Assembly (NCBI GenBank): GCA_963668645.2
Contig: CAXXWC010000020.1
Coordinates: 128,001 to 192,000, forward strand
DNA from: Desulfobacterales bacterium
GTDB taxonomy: Bacteria; Desulfobacterota; Desulfobacteria; Desulfobacterales; UBA2174
DNA: 64,000 nt
Direction: 5' to 3'
Made by a program: the position numbers and the translations under genes. Position 1 is the stretch's first letter. Each line of letters starts with the position of its first letter. The notes below the pieces were generated by a model. The model made no database searches. It was given only the letters and a program-made list of their open reading frames with translations, and was not told the origin of the DNA. Below, piece after piece: positions 12,103 to 20,871 of this stretch.

Positions 12103-12165
12103 GCGCACCGGGCCTTCAACAGGCCCGGTGCCGAAAACCGACGAAAGAAGCGGAATAATCGTCCA

Positions 12166-12666
12166 ATGAAGACAACGCCTGAATTTACCCATATCGGCCC
12201 CGAAGGCCAGGTGCGCATGGTGGATGTGAGCGCCAAGGCGCCCAGCCTGCGCAGCGCCACGGCCCGGGGGGTGGTGGTCATGGGCCCCGAGACCCTTGAC
12301 AAGATCCTTCACAACGCCTTTAAAAAAGGGAACGTGCTCGAAACGGCGCGGATTGCCGGAATCATGGCGGCCAAGCGCACCGCCGAGCTGATCCCCATGT
12401 GCCACCCTTTGAATCTCGAACATGTGCAGGTCGATTTTACCCCCCAGGCCGACGGCGGGGGCATCCAGATCGAGGCCGAAGTAAGGCTTACCGGCAAGAC
12501 CGGCGTCGAGATGGAGGCCCTTACCGCGGTGGCCGTTGCCGCCCTGACGGTCTATGACATGTGCAAATCCCATGATCGCGCCATGGCGATCCGTGAGATC
12601 AGCCTGGTGGAAAAGAAAGGCGGCCGCTCCGGGCATTTTATCCGCAAGCCCGCCGCCGGTTTTTGA
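12166..12666 (+). CDS. moaC: cPMP synthase MoaC
   Basis: MVDVS.K, LIPMCHPL, TGVEMEAL, YDMCK, KKGGRSG. Confidence 0.95.
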   Translation: MKTTPEFTHIGPEGQVRMVDVSAKAPSLRSATARGVVVMGPETLDKILHNAFKKGNVLETARIAGIMAAKRTAELIPMCHPLNLEHVQVDFTPQADGGGIQIEAEVRLTGKTGVEMEALTAVAVAALTVYDMCKSHDRAMAIREISLVEKKGGRSGHFIRKPAAGF

Positions 12667-12721
12667 CGCATCCGAAGGCTTCGGCGCGTGCCTAAAGGAT
12701 TTGAAAGGAGCGTCCCCCCTT

Positions 12722-13000
12722 ATGAACCGTTTCATCATATTCGGTCTGACCTTTGCGGTTGGCGGCGTATTACTGGTACTTTTCGAAGGGATTTCTTCCA
12801 TGATGACCGCCGGCGAAATCGTCCTCAAGACTTCCAGCCCGGTGGATCTGTTGGGAGACCAGTATTTTGCCTGGATCGATCGCATCCCGCTGGCCATGGC
12901 CCAGGACCTGCTCAACAGCCTGGTCACCCTGCCCGCCTGGATGATCCTGGCGGCCCTGGCCGTGATCTGTTTCGCGATTGGAGGGGTCACCAGCCGGTGA
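12722..13000 (+). CDS. Small two-TM hypothetical membrane protein
   Basis: RBS AAGGAG, two hydrophobic helices, stop overlaps mltA GTG. Confidence 0.65.
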   Translation: MNRFIIFGLTFAVGGVLLVLFEGISSMMTAGEIVLKTSSPVDLLGDQYFAWIDRIPLAMAQDLLNSLVTLPAWMILAALAVICFAIGGVTSR

Positions 13001-14202
13001 AGCGATCCTTGCGCCATCTTCTGCCGGCCCTGGTTATGGGAATCTGGCTCCTGGCCGGGTGCGTGCCGCGGGTTGCACCGCCCGACCTGGCCCCGGTGGC
13101 CCCGGACCAGATCCCGGATCTGGTCGATGACATGGCCCTGGACGGCTTGGCCCTGGCCACCGAACAGAGCCTGGTCTATCTGAAACGGCTGCCGGCCGAC
13201 CGCCGATTCCGCTTCGGTTCGGACATGTTCGACCGCGACCACCTGATCCTCAGCCTGGAGCGGTTTGCCCAATTGCTGGCGCAGGGGGATCCGGTGCACC
13301 TGGGCGAGGCGCTGCACCGGGAGTTTCGTTTTTACCGTGCCGCCGGCAAAGATGCGAGCAATACGGTTCTTTTTACCGGATACTATGAGCCCACCCTCCA
13401 AGGCTGCCGCCGTCCGGACAGCCACTGCCGCTACCCTGTCTACGGGCAGCCCGAGGATCTGATCAGCGTCGATTTGTCCCCCTTCGGCGACAAATTCGCC
13501 GGCCAGCGCATCGTCGGCCGCTTCGACGGCCACACCCTGGTCCCCTATCCGGATCGCGAGGCCATCGAGAGCGGCGGGATTCTGGCCGGCAAGGCCCCGA
13601 TCCTGGCCTGGGCGGTGGACCCGGTGGATCTTTTCTTTTTGCAGATCCAGGGTTCCGGCCGCATCGCCCTGTCCGAAGGCGGGCTCTTGCGACTGCGTTA
13701 TGCCGGATCCAACGGCCGGCCTTACCGGAGCATCGGGAAATTGTTGATCGATCGCCAGGCGATCAGTGCTCAGGCCATGTCGATGCAAGCCATCCGCGCC
13801 TACCTGCACGAGCACCCCCGCCAGCAGGAAGAGGTCTTGAACTACAACCCGAGCTACGTCTTTTTTGAAATCAGCCAAGGCGGTCCTTTCGGCAGCCTGG
13901 GGGTGGCTTTGACCCCCGGCCGCTCCCTGGCCACCGATCCGCAGCATTTCCCCAGGGGGGCACTGGCCTTTGTGCGCTGCGTCAAGCCGCTTACCGACGA
14001 TGGGCGGCATATCGTCGAGTGGACCCCGTTCGGCCGCTTCATGCTCAACCAGGACACCGGCGGTGCCATCCGCGGCCCTGGCCGGGCCGACCTTTTCTGG
14101 GGCAGCGGCCCCTACGCCGAGCTGGCCGCCGGCCACCTGAAGCATCCCGGTACGCTTTACTTCTTCGTTCTGGATCCGGAAAAAGCCCGGTTGCCGCGGT
14201 GA
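12997..14202 (+). CDS. mltA: Lytic murein transglycosylase A lipoprotein
   Basis: Lipobox LAGC, TGYYEP, QIQGSG, NPSYVFF, QDTGGAI.G..RAD.F.G. Confidence 0.93.
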   Translation: MKRSLRHLLPALVMGIWLLAGCVPRVAPPDLAPVAPDQIPDLVDDMALDGLALATEQSLVYLKRLPADRRFRFGSDMFDRDHLILSLERFAQLLAQGDPVHLGEALHREFRFYRAAGKDASNTVLFTGYYEPTLQGCRRPDSHCRYPVYGQPEDLISVDLSPFGDKFAGQRIVGRFDGHTLVPYPDREAIESGGILAGKAPILAWAVDPVDLFFLQIQGSGRIALSEGGLLRLRYAGSNGRPYRSIGKLLIDRQAISAQAMSMQAIRAYLHEHPRQQEEVLNYNPSYVFFEISQGGPFGSLGVALTPGRSLATDPQHFPRGALAFVRCVKPLTDDGRHIVEWTPFGRFMLNQDTGGAIRGPGRADLFWGSGPYAELAAGHLKHPGTLYFFVLDPEKARLPR

Positions 14203-14443
14203 ACGCGTGCCGATGTTTGACCGCCCGGTGCCCGGGGACGCTTTTCAGGCCGTTTTAAAACCCGGGATCTGGGCTTGCCCCGGTGGCCTTGGCGCCGTCC
14301 CGCACCGAACCCCGGCGTCTTGACAGACCCCTGTAAAACTTATACTAGCAGGCCATTTAGCGGTTTAACTCCCCGTGCTCGCACCCAGGGTGAAGCACGG
14401 GATTTTCTTGTCGCCACCGTCCTTAGTAAAGGGAGATGCCTCC

Positions 14444-14851
14444 ATGTTCGGCATGGGTATGCCTGAAATCATCCTGATCCTGGCCATCGCGTTGATCGTC
14501 ATCGGACCGCGCAAGCTGCCGGAGCTGGGACGCAGCCTTGGACGGGCGATGCGCGAATTTCGCAAGGCCACCAGTGAGTTTAAGGCGTCGCTGGATGTCG
14601 ATGACGATCTCGGGTCCGTGCGCCGCAGTTTCTCGGAACTCAACCAGGACTTGAAATCGAGCCTCGAATCGGCCGCCTTCGGAAAAACCCCAAAGGACGG
14701 CGCGCCCGGCACTTCCCCGGACAACAACGCCGGCACCCCGGCCCGCGAGGCCGAAACGCCCGCCGATGCCCGGCCGGAGCCATCCTCCGGCACGGCGGAA
14801 TCCAGCGGCGACCCGCAAACCGCCGAGGAGCGCCGCGATGCTGGACGTTGA
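14444..14851 (+). CDS. tatB: Tat translocase TatA/TatB family subunit (TatB-like length)
   Basis: MFGMGMPE...IGP.KLPE.GR..G....EF. Confidence 0.8.
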   Translation: MFGMGMPEIILILAIALIVIGPRKLPELGRSLGRAMREFRKATSEFKASLDVDDDLGSVRRSFSELNQDLKSSLESAAFGKTPKDGAPGTSPDNNAGTPAREAETPADARPEPSSGTAESSGDPQTAEERRDAGR

Positions 14852-15611
14852 AGAGAAGATCCCCTTTACCGAACACCTTGACGAGCTGCGCAGCCGCCTG
14901 ATCGTTTGTTTCGTGGCGGTCGGGGTGGGGTTTGTCGCCTGCTACGGTTTCAAGGAACGCCTTTTCAAGATCCTGACCGCACCGTTGGTCAAGGTGATGA
15001 AGGAAGGCGACAAGCTGATTTTTACCGGCCTGCCCGAAGCCTTTTTCACCTACTTGAAGGTGGCGTTTCTGGCCGGCTGCATCCTGGCCGCGCCGGTGAT
15101 TATCTACCAGTTTTGGATGTTCGTGGCCCCCGGCCTCTACCGCAAGGAGCGCCATGTCCTGGCGCCCATCGTCATTCTGTCGACCTTCTTTTTCTTGGGC
15201 GGCGCCCTGTTCGGCTATTTTCTCGTTTTTCCCTGGGGGTTCGAATTTTTTCTCGGGTTCGCCACCGAAACGATCCGCCCCCTGCCGTCGATGAAAGAAT
15301 ACCTCGGTTTTGCCACCAAGCTGCTCATCGCCTTCGGTCTGGTCTTCGAGCTGCCCCTGGTGATCACCTTCATGGCCCGCCTTGGACTCGTGTCGGTCTC
15401 CTTTTTGAAGAAGAACCGGCGTTACGCGGTTCTGGTTTTCTTTGTCGGGGCTGCGATCCTCACCCCCCCGGACGTGGTCACCCAGATCATGATGGCCGTG
15501 CCCCTGATGGTGCTTTACGAAATCAGCATCGTCGGCGCCAAGATCTTCGGCCGCCCCCCGCTGGGCAAGGAAGCACCCGCAGCCGAGACCGACGAGCCCC
15601 CCCCTTCGTGA
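14838..15611 (+). CDS. tatC: Tat translocase TatC
   Basis: HL.ELR.RL, FVAPGLY..E, FELP, TPPD. Confidence 0.95.
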   Translation: MLDVEEKIPFTEHLDELRSRLIVCFVAVGVGFVACYGFKERLFKILTAPLVKVMKEGDKLIFTGLPEAFFTYLKVAFLAGCILAAPVIIYQFWMFVAPGLYRKERHVLAPIVILSTFFFLGGALFGYFLVFPWGFEFFLGFATETIRPLPSMKEYLGFATKLLIAFGLVFELPLVITFMARLGLVSVSFLKKNRRYAVLVFFVGAAILTPPDVVTQIMMAVPLMVLYEISIVGAKIFGRPPLGKEAPAAETDEPPPS

Positions 15612-17299
15612 CAGCCGGCGGCAAAGAGCTGCGCTACATTCTCGAACTGGTCGCCACCACGGCCGGTACCGGAACGTTCACACCGATTCCCGAAGGCCGG
15701 CCGGATCTGGCAGAGGCCATCGATCGGTTGCGAGGCTGTCCCCTGGACAGTTTTCTGCACCGTTATGTGCTCGAAATACTGGCCGGCCACAGCGCCCCCG
15801 AGCGGGCGGCAATGCTGGAGGCGACTTCAGGCCAAGATCAGGTGTTCAAGGCCCTGCTGGCCGAATTGGCGCTTCTGGAGGCCGATCCCGGCGCACCCGC
15901 CGGCGGCAGGCTGGGGGGCGACGGCCGGCATCTGACCGAGGCCTCACCGTCCATCCTGGTGCGCCAACACCGCTTGTCTGACCATCAGCGCCACGCCCAA
16001 TGGTCGGCCCTGATGGGGGCCAACCTCCAGTTCCACCGGCCCCTGCCCGGTCCCGGCGATCCGCGGCGGCCCTGCTTGCCGGAGCCGGATTCCGGCCGGG
16101 CGGTGACGCAGATCGATACCGGCCTGGATGATGTCCCACCGGCGCCCCATCTGTGCGGGACAGAACCGGTGGCCCTGGAAGAGACGATCCGGACCGCATC
16201 GGCCCGCCTCGAGCGGGCCGGGATTCTGGTCTCTGTTGAGATGCGCCACGAGTCGTCTTTGAGCCCCGTGGGATTGCTGCGCCAGTGGCGTTTCCAGCGC
16301 CGGGTGCGCAACGGTGCGCTGGATTACCGCTTCGGCGGATTTCAGACCGCCTACGGCCGGGGCTTCAGCCTGCCAGCGGCCCGGGCCGCCTATTTGATGG
16401 AAATCGTCGAACGCTTCAGCGCCTACGGCGATTTCACACCCGACGCGGTGCTCGGACACCGCCGGGCAACGCCGCTGCTTTGCGCTTCTTTGCATCAGAT
16501 GCGCGCCCATGCGCGGCCGGTTATGGATCCCAACGACCTGCTGCTCGAGGCGCCGTACGAAAACGCCCCCCTCTACTGGCGGCCGGCCGAGGTGGTCGGT
16601 GCCCGGGGCCGGGGCGAGATCTGGGTTCCGGCCCAGTGCGTCTATCTGTTTTGCAATCTGGACGAACCGGATCTTTTTTCCGCCCTGGGTTCCACCGGGC
16701 TGGGTGCGGGCAACACCGGGGCCCAGGCCCGCCTGGCGGCCCTGCTGGAGGTCATCGAGCGCGATGCCGAAGCGCTTACCCCCTTCGATCCAGGCGGATG
16801 TTTTACCGCCGAATCGACCGATCCCTACCTTCAATCCCTTTTGCGGCACTACCGCCAATGCGGGATCCACGTCCAGTTCCAGGATTTGACCGGAGCCCTG
16901 GGCGTGCCCTGTTACAAATGCTTCGTGGTCGGCTCGGACGGTCAGATCGCCAAAGGGACCGGGGCCCACCCCGAAGGCCGGCGGGCCCTGCTGTCTGCCC
17001 TGACCGAGACCATGTACCCCTACCCCAACGGCCCGCAGTCGCAGCCCGGGTTGGACGCGGTGCCGGTGCGCACCGTCGAGGACCTGCCCGATTATGGCGG
17101 CGGGTCGGTGGAGGCCGACCTGGATCGTCTCGAGAGGCTTCTGAGCGCCAACGGCTTTCAAGTCGTGTATGCCGATTTGACCCGCGAGGATCTCGATCTG
17201 CCGGTGGTGCGGGCCATCGTTCCCGGCCTTGCCCTCATGGCCGACTATGATCGTTTTACGCGCCTCAACCCAAGGTTGATCAGGCGTTTGGCAGGTTGA
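15608..17299 (+). CDS. YcaO-like family protein
   Basis: E..ER (MEIVERF), STG.GAGN...LEVIERDA, ALTE, PVVRAIVPGL; GTG overlaps tatC stop (upstream part of the 14906 ORF is a shadow). Confidence 0.85.
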   Translation: MTAGGKELRYILELVATTAGTGTFTPIPEGRPDLAEAIDRLRGCPLDSFLHRYVLEILAGHSAPERAAMLEATSGQDQVFKALLAELALLEADPGAPAGGRLGGDGRHLTEASPSILVRQHRLSDHQRHAQWSALMGANLQFHRPLPGPGDPRRPCLPEPDSGRAVTQIDTGLDDVPPAPHLCGTEPVALEETIRTASARLERAGILVSVEMRHESSLSPVGLLRQWRFQRRVRNGALDYRFGGFQTAYGRGFSLPAARAAYLMEIVERFSAYGDFTPDAVLGHRRATPLLCASLHQMRAHARPVMDPNDLLLEAPYENAPLYWRPAEVVGARGRGEIWVPAQCVYLFCNLDEPDLFSALGSTGLGAGNTGAQARLAALLEVIERDAEALTPFDPGGCFTAESTDPYLQSLLRHYRQCGIHVQFQDLTGALGVPCYKCFVVGSDGQIAKGTGAHPEGRRALLSALTETMYPYPNGPQSQPGLDAVPVRTVEDLPDYGGGSVEADLDRLERLLSANGFQVVYADLTREDLDLPVVRAIVPGLALMADYDRFTRLNPRLIRRLAG

Positions 17300-17449
17300 G
17301 GGTCAACGGTGCCGCGGGCCGCCATGCGGCTTCACATCCGCTTTGAAAATGCCCACAGGTGCCGTACGGGCTGCGTTTGCGCCTTGCCTGACAGCCCGAT
17401 ACTTGTTTATCCACAGGCTGTTAGACCGTTGTGCGAACCCGGTTAGCGG

Positions 17450-17478
17450 TTGACAGGAAATGCCGAACCAGGTAATGT
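17450..17478 (+). promoter_or_regulatory. Putative sigma70 promoter of cytochrome c3
   Basis: TTGACA-N17-TAATGT. Confidence 0.55.
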
Positions 17479-17552
17479 ACACACCGCTAGTAGTGATCAC
17501 AGACCAGGCCGACGCAATCGCACTCAATTTGCAAAGGGAGGGAATGGGGATC

Positions 17553-18017
17553 ATGAAAAACGGAAAGTTGTTGATGGTCATGGCGGCTGTGGCCGTCGCT
17601 TCATTCTTTTTGGCAGCCGGCCTTTACGCCGGCACAAAAGCGCCGGATGTGGTCAAGCTCCAGGCGCCCTACGAGCACACCAAGACCGAGGTGGAGTTCT
17701 CCCACACCAAGCACGCCTCCGAGTACAAGAACGCCAAGGGCGAGGCCATCGCCTGCGGCGAGTGCCACCATGACGATCAGGGCAAGCCCCTGGCCCTCAA
17801 GGAGGGGGACGACGTCAAAAAGTGCTTCGAGTGCCACAATCAGCCGGGCGAACTGAAAGGCAAGAAGGCCAAGGGCAAATCGGATGCTGAGCTGATCAAG
17901 TATCACGCCAATGCCATGCACGCCAATTGCATCGACTGCCACCGGGATTACAACAAGGCCAACAAGACCAAGGCCGCGCCCCAGACCTGCACCGGCTGCC
18001 ATCCAAAGAAGAAATAA
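17553..18017 (+). CDS. Periplasmic tetraheme cytochrome c3
   Basis: Signal peptide, V.FSH..H, four CxxCH (CGECH, CFECH, CIDCH, CTGCH). Confidence 0.92.
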   Translation: MKNGKLLMVMAAVAVASFFLAAGLYAGTKAPDVVKLQAPYEHTKTEVEFSHTKHASEYKNAKGEAIACGECHHDDQGKPLALKEGDDVKKCFECHNQPGELKGKKAKGKSDAELIKYHANAMHANCIDCHRDYNKANKTKAAPQTCTGCHPKKK

Positions 18018-18039
18018 TTAAAAAATTCGAAGAGGATAT

Positions 18040-18072
18040 AACGGCGAACCCCGAATCGGGGTTCGCCGTTTT
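18040..18072. terminator. Intrinsic terminator between convergent genes
   Basis: 14-bp stem AACGGCGAACCCCG/CGGGGTTCGCCGTT, T-rich tail. Confidence 0.8.
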
Positions 18073-18076
18073 CATT

Positions 18077-19183
18077 TCAGGCTGCGTTTTTTCTTTTCTC
18101 GCTGACGCAGCAAACCCCTTCGCCGGCCCTGGCCGGACCGAAGCACAGATTGTCCGACAGGCAGGCCGCCGGGGTCCGGTCGCCGGCCTTCCAGCGGCGG
18201 ATCAGGCCGGGCTCGCGAATCAAGGGACGGGACATGGAGATGTAGTCGGCTTCGCCTCCGGCCACCAGTCGTTCGGCCACCTCGAAGGAGCGGTGGCCGC
18301 CCACCAGGATCAGCGGAATGGCGGTTTCTTTTTTAACGGCTTGGGCTTGCTGGCGGAAATAGGCCTCTTTTTCCGGTTTGTGAATCCCCGCGCGGCTTGG
18401 GCTGAGCTTGCCGCCGGTGATCACGCCGCCGCTGACTTCGATCGCGTCCAGACCGGCGCCGGCCAGCAGTTTGGCGGCGTGTACGGCATCCTCCACGGTC
18501 AGGCCGTTGTCGATGAAGTCGGCGCCGTTCATCTTCACCAGCACGGGATAGTCCGGCCCCACGGCCTTGCGTACAGCCGTTACCGCGGCGCAGAGGGCCC
18601 GGGCCCGGTTTTCCGCAGAGCCGCCGAATTCGTCGCGGCGCCGGTTGAAGGCCGGGGAAAGAAACTGGCTGAACAGGTATCCGTGGGCCGCGTGGATCTG
18701 GACGCCGTCGAATCCGGCGCTTTTGGCCCTTTGGGCTGCAGCAGCGAAAGCATCGACGATTTGGCCGATATCGGCCGGGGTCATTTCGGTGGCCGGGGGC
18801 ATGCCGGGACTGTCAGGACTGGAAACGGCCCATGGGGCCAGGCCGGAGAGTTTGGCCGATGCGAAACAGCCGCCATGGGCGAGCTGCAGGACGATCCTGC
18901 CGCCGTTGTCGTGGACCGCCGCGGCCATGCCGGCCAGCCCGGGCACCAGCGCGTCGCTGTAGGCCCCCAGCTGCCAGGGGCTGGCCTGGCCGGCCCGCTG
19001 CACATAGGCGTGGCTGGAGATGATCAGGCCCACATCGCCCCGGGCCAGGTCGACCATGGTATCCACCAGCCGGCGCGTCACGGCCCCCTGCTCGGTGGCC
19101 ATCCCCTCCCAGGTGGCCGAGCGCACGAAACGGTTGGCCAGGGTCATGCCGTTGATGGTTGTCTGGGTAAACATGATGGACAT
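18077..19183 (-). CDS. NADH:flavin oxidoreductase (Old Yellow Enzyme family)
   Basis: NRFVRSAT.E, QLAH.G, AGFDGVQIHAAHGYL.SQFLSP..N.R.D..GGS.ENR. Confidence 0.92.
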   Translation of the reverse strand: MSIMFTQTTINGMTLANRFVRSATWEGMATEQGAVTRRLVDTMVDLARGDVGLIISSHAYVQRAGQASPWQLGAYSDALVPGLAGMAAAVHDNGGRIVLQLAHGGCFASAKLSGLAPWAVSSPDSPGMPPATEMTPADIGQIVDAFAAAAQRAKSAGFDGVQIHAAHGYLFSQFLSPAFNRRRDEFGGSAENRARALCAAVTAVRKAVGPDYPVLVKMNGADFIDNGLTVEDAVHAAKLLAGAGLDAIEVSGGVITGGKLSPSRAGIHKPEKEAYFRQQAQAVKKETAIPLILVGGHRSFEVAERLVAGGEADYISMSRPLIREPGLIRRWKAGDRTPAACLSDNLCFGPARAGEGVCCVSEKRKNAA

Positions 19184-19292
19184 CTGTACTCCTGCATTCT
19201 TGTATGGTTGAAACATACTCCGGGCCATCTCCGCATCAGCCGGGTGCGGGCTTGCCGGCGGTTTTCGTCCGCCAAGGGCTTGACCGGGCCGC

Positions 19293-20621
19293 TTACAGCA
19301 GCAGGGCAGCCAGCTCGGACAGTTCCGAGCGTTCGCCTTTTTCCAGGTTGATGTGGGCCGCCAAAGGCTGGTTCTTCATCTTTTCGATCAGATAGCTTAA
19401 TCCGTTGGAATGGCTGTCGAGATAGGGGTGGTCGATCTGAAAAACATCGCCGGAAAAGACCACCTTGGTGCCTTCGCCGGCACGGGTGATGATCGTTTTG
19501 ACCTCATGGGGGGTCAGGTTCTGGGCCTCGTCCACGATAAAGTAGGTCTTCACCAGGCTTCGGCCGCGGATGTAGGACAGGGGCGTGATCACGATCTTTT
19601 CTTCTGCAAGCATGTCACGGATGCGCCGTGCCATGCCGCTTTGGCCGCCCACCCCTTCCTGGATCACCGCCAGATTGTCATAGAGCGGCTGCATATAGGG
19701 GTCGAGTTTGGATTGGATATCGCCCGGCAGAAAACCGATGTCCTTGTTGGACAGGGGCACGATGGGCCGCGCCACGAAGATTTGCCGGTAGGTATGCCGC
19801 GTTTCCAGGGCCGCGGCCAGGGTCAGCAGGGTCTTGCCCGTGCCGGCCTTGCCCGAGAGGGTCACCAGTGGAACAGCCGGATTGACCAGGGCGTCCAGGG
19901 CAAAGGCCTGCTCGGCGTTGCGCGGTACGATGCCGTAGCAGGTGAGCTTGTCCGTGCGCCGGATGCGCTGTTTAAATGGGTCGAGGTGGGCCAGGGCCGA
20001 TTTTTTGCCGTTGCGCAGGATCAGAAATTCATTGGGGAAAAGATCGGCGCCCCAGTCCAGGCTGTCCCGGTCCAGGCCTTCTGCGTCGGCGTAGAGCTGG
20101 TCGATGAGTTCGGCGGCGATCCCTTCCACGATGCGCCGGCCCTTGTAAAGCTCGGTCAGGTTCTTGACGTGATCCGAAGTGTAATCGGCTGCCGGCAGGC
20201 CGAGGGCCTTGGCTTTCATGCGCAGATTGACGTCCTTGGTGACCAGAATCACCTGCCGTTGGGACGAGCGGCGCGCCAGGTGCCAGGCGGTGTTGAGGAT
20301 CCGGTGGTCGGGCCGGCTGTCGCCGAAATTGGCCTTTAGGGTTTCATCCAGCGGATGCTCCAGCATGACCTGGATCCGCCCCTTGCCCGGCCCGATGGGG
20401 ATGCCGCCGTTGAAGATGCTCTCGGTGCACAGATTGTCCAGGGAACGCAGAAACTGGCGGGCGTGGAAGTTGATGATCGCCCCGCCCTTTTTGAACTGGT
20501 CCAGCTCTTCGATCACCGTAATGGGGATGACGACATCGTGCTCGTCGAAATGTTCTATGCAGCTGCTGTCGTGCAGAATGACGTTGGTGTCCAGAACGAA
20601 GGTTTTGCTTTCGGCTGTCAT
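19293..20621 (-). CDS. PIN-PhoH (PhoH2) protein
   Basis: PIN VLDTNV...EELD, KD.NLR; PhoH G.AGTGKT, GFLPG, RGRS, DEAQN. Confidence 0.92.
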   Translation of the reverse strand: MTAESKTFVLDTNVILHDSSCIEHFDEHDVVIPITVIEELDQFKKGGAIINFHARQFLRSLDNLCTESIFNGGIPIGPGKGRIQVMLEHPLDETLKANFGDSRPDHRILNTAWHLARRSSQRQVILVTKDVNLRMKAKALGLPAADYTSDHVKNLTELYKGRRIVEGIAAELIDQLYADAEGLDRDSLDWGADLFPNEFLILRNGKKSALAHLDPFKQRIRRTDKLTCYGIVPRNAEQAFALDALVNPAVPLVTLSGKAGTGKTLLTLAAALETRHTYRQIFVARPIVPLSNKDIGFLPGDIQSKLDPYMQPLYDNLAVIQEGVGGQSGMARRIRDMLAEEKIVITPLSYIRGRSLVKTYFIVDEAQNLTPHEVKTIITRAGEGTKVVFSGDVFQIDHPYLDSHSNGLSYLIEKMKNQPLAAHINLEKGERSELSELAALLL

Positions 20622-20722
20622 CAGCCCTCCATCGGCTTCAGGTATACGCCAAAATCCGCGCGGTGCCGATTCCTGGCAGCGTACTGAAAAGTTGCCACGA
20701 TATGTTGTGGCTGTCAACTGGC

Positions 20723-20768
20723 ATAGTCCACATCTAGTATTTGTTTAACAGTGCCCGCCTGGTATAAC
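20723..20768 (+). promoter_or_regulatory. Pho-box-like repeats plus -10, upstream of alkaline phosphatase 1
   Basis: ATAGTC/CTAGTA/TTAACA at 20723, 20734, 20745 (11-bp period); TATAAC 12 nt later. Confidence 0.5.
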
Positions 20769-20871
20769 TGCCCAGGGCGTGTTTTAATGGCCGCCTTTGC
20801 CGGCAGAGCCCCTATCGGCAGGCCTTTCGGACCGCGGTGGCCAATACGGATCCAAGAAAAAAGAGGCGAAG

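Noticed and set aside
12104..12131. 11-bp hairpin between moaE and moaC as a terminator or Moco riboswitch
   Set aside because: No U tract on the coding strand and too small for the Moco motif; at most an mRNA-stabilising stem
11755..14145. 796-aa antisense ORF and similar long antisense ORFs across the GC-rich zone
   Set aside because: Mirror frames of well-supported genes in high-GC DNA; no motifs
14320..14346. TTGACA/TATACT promoter for tatBC
   Set aside because: Spacer is only 15 nt; not confident enough to list
14906..15607. 797-aa ORF as a long YcaO fusion
   Set aside because: The first ~234 codons overlap tatC out of frame and read as GC-rich shadow sequence
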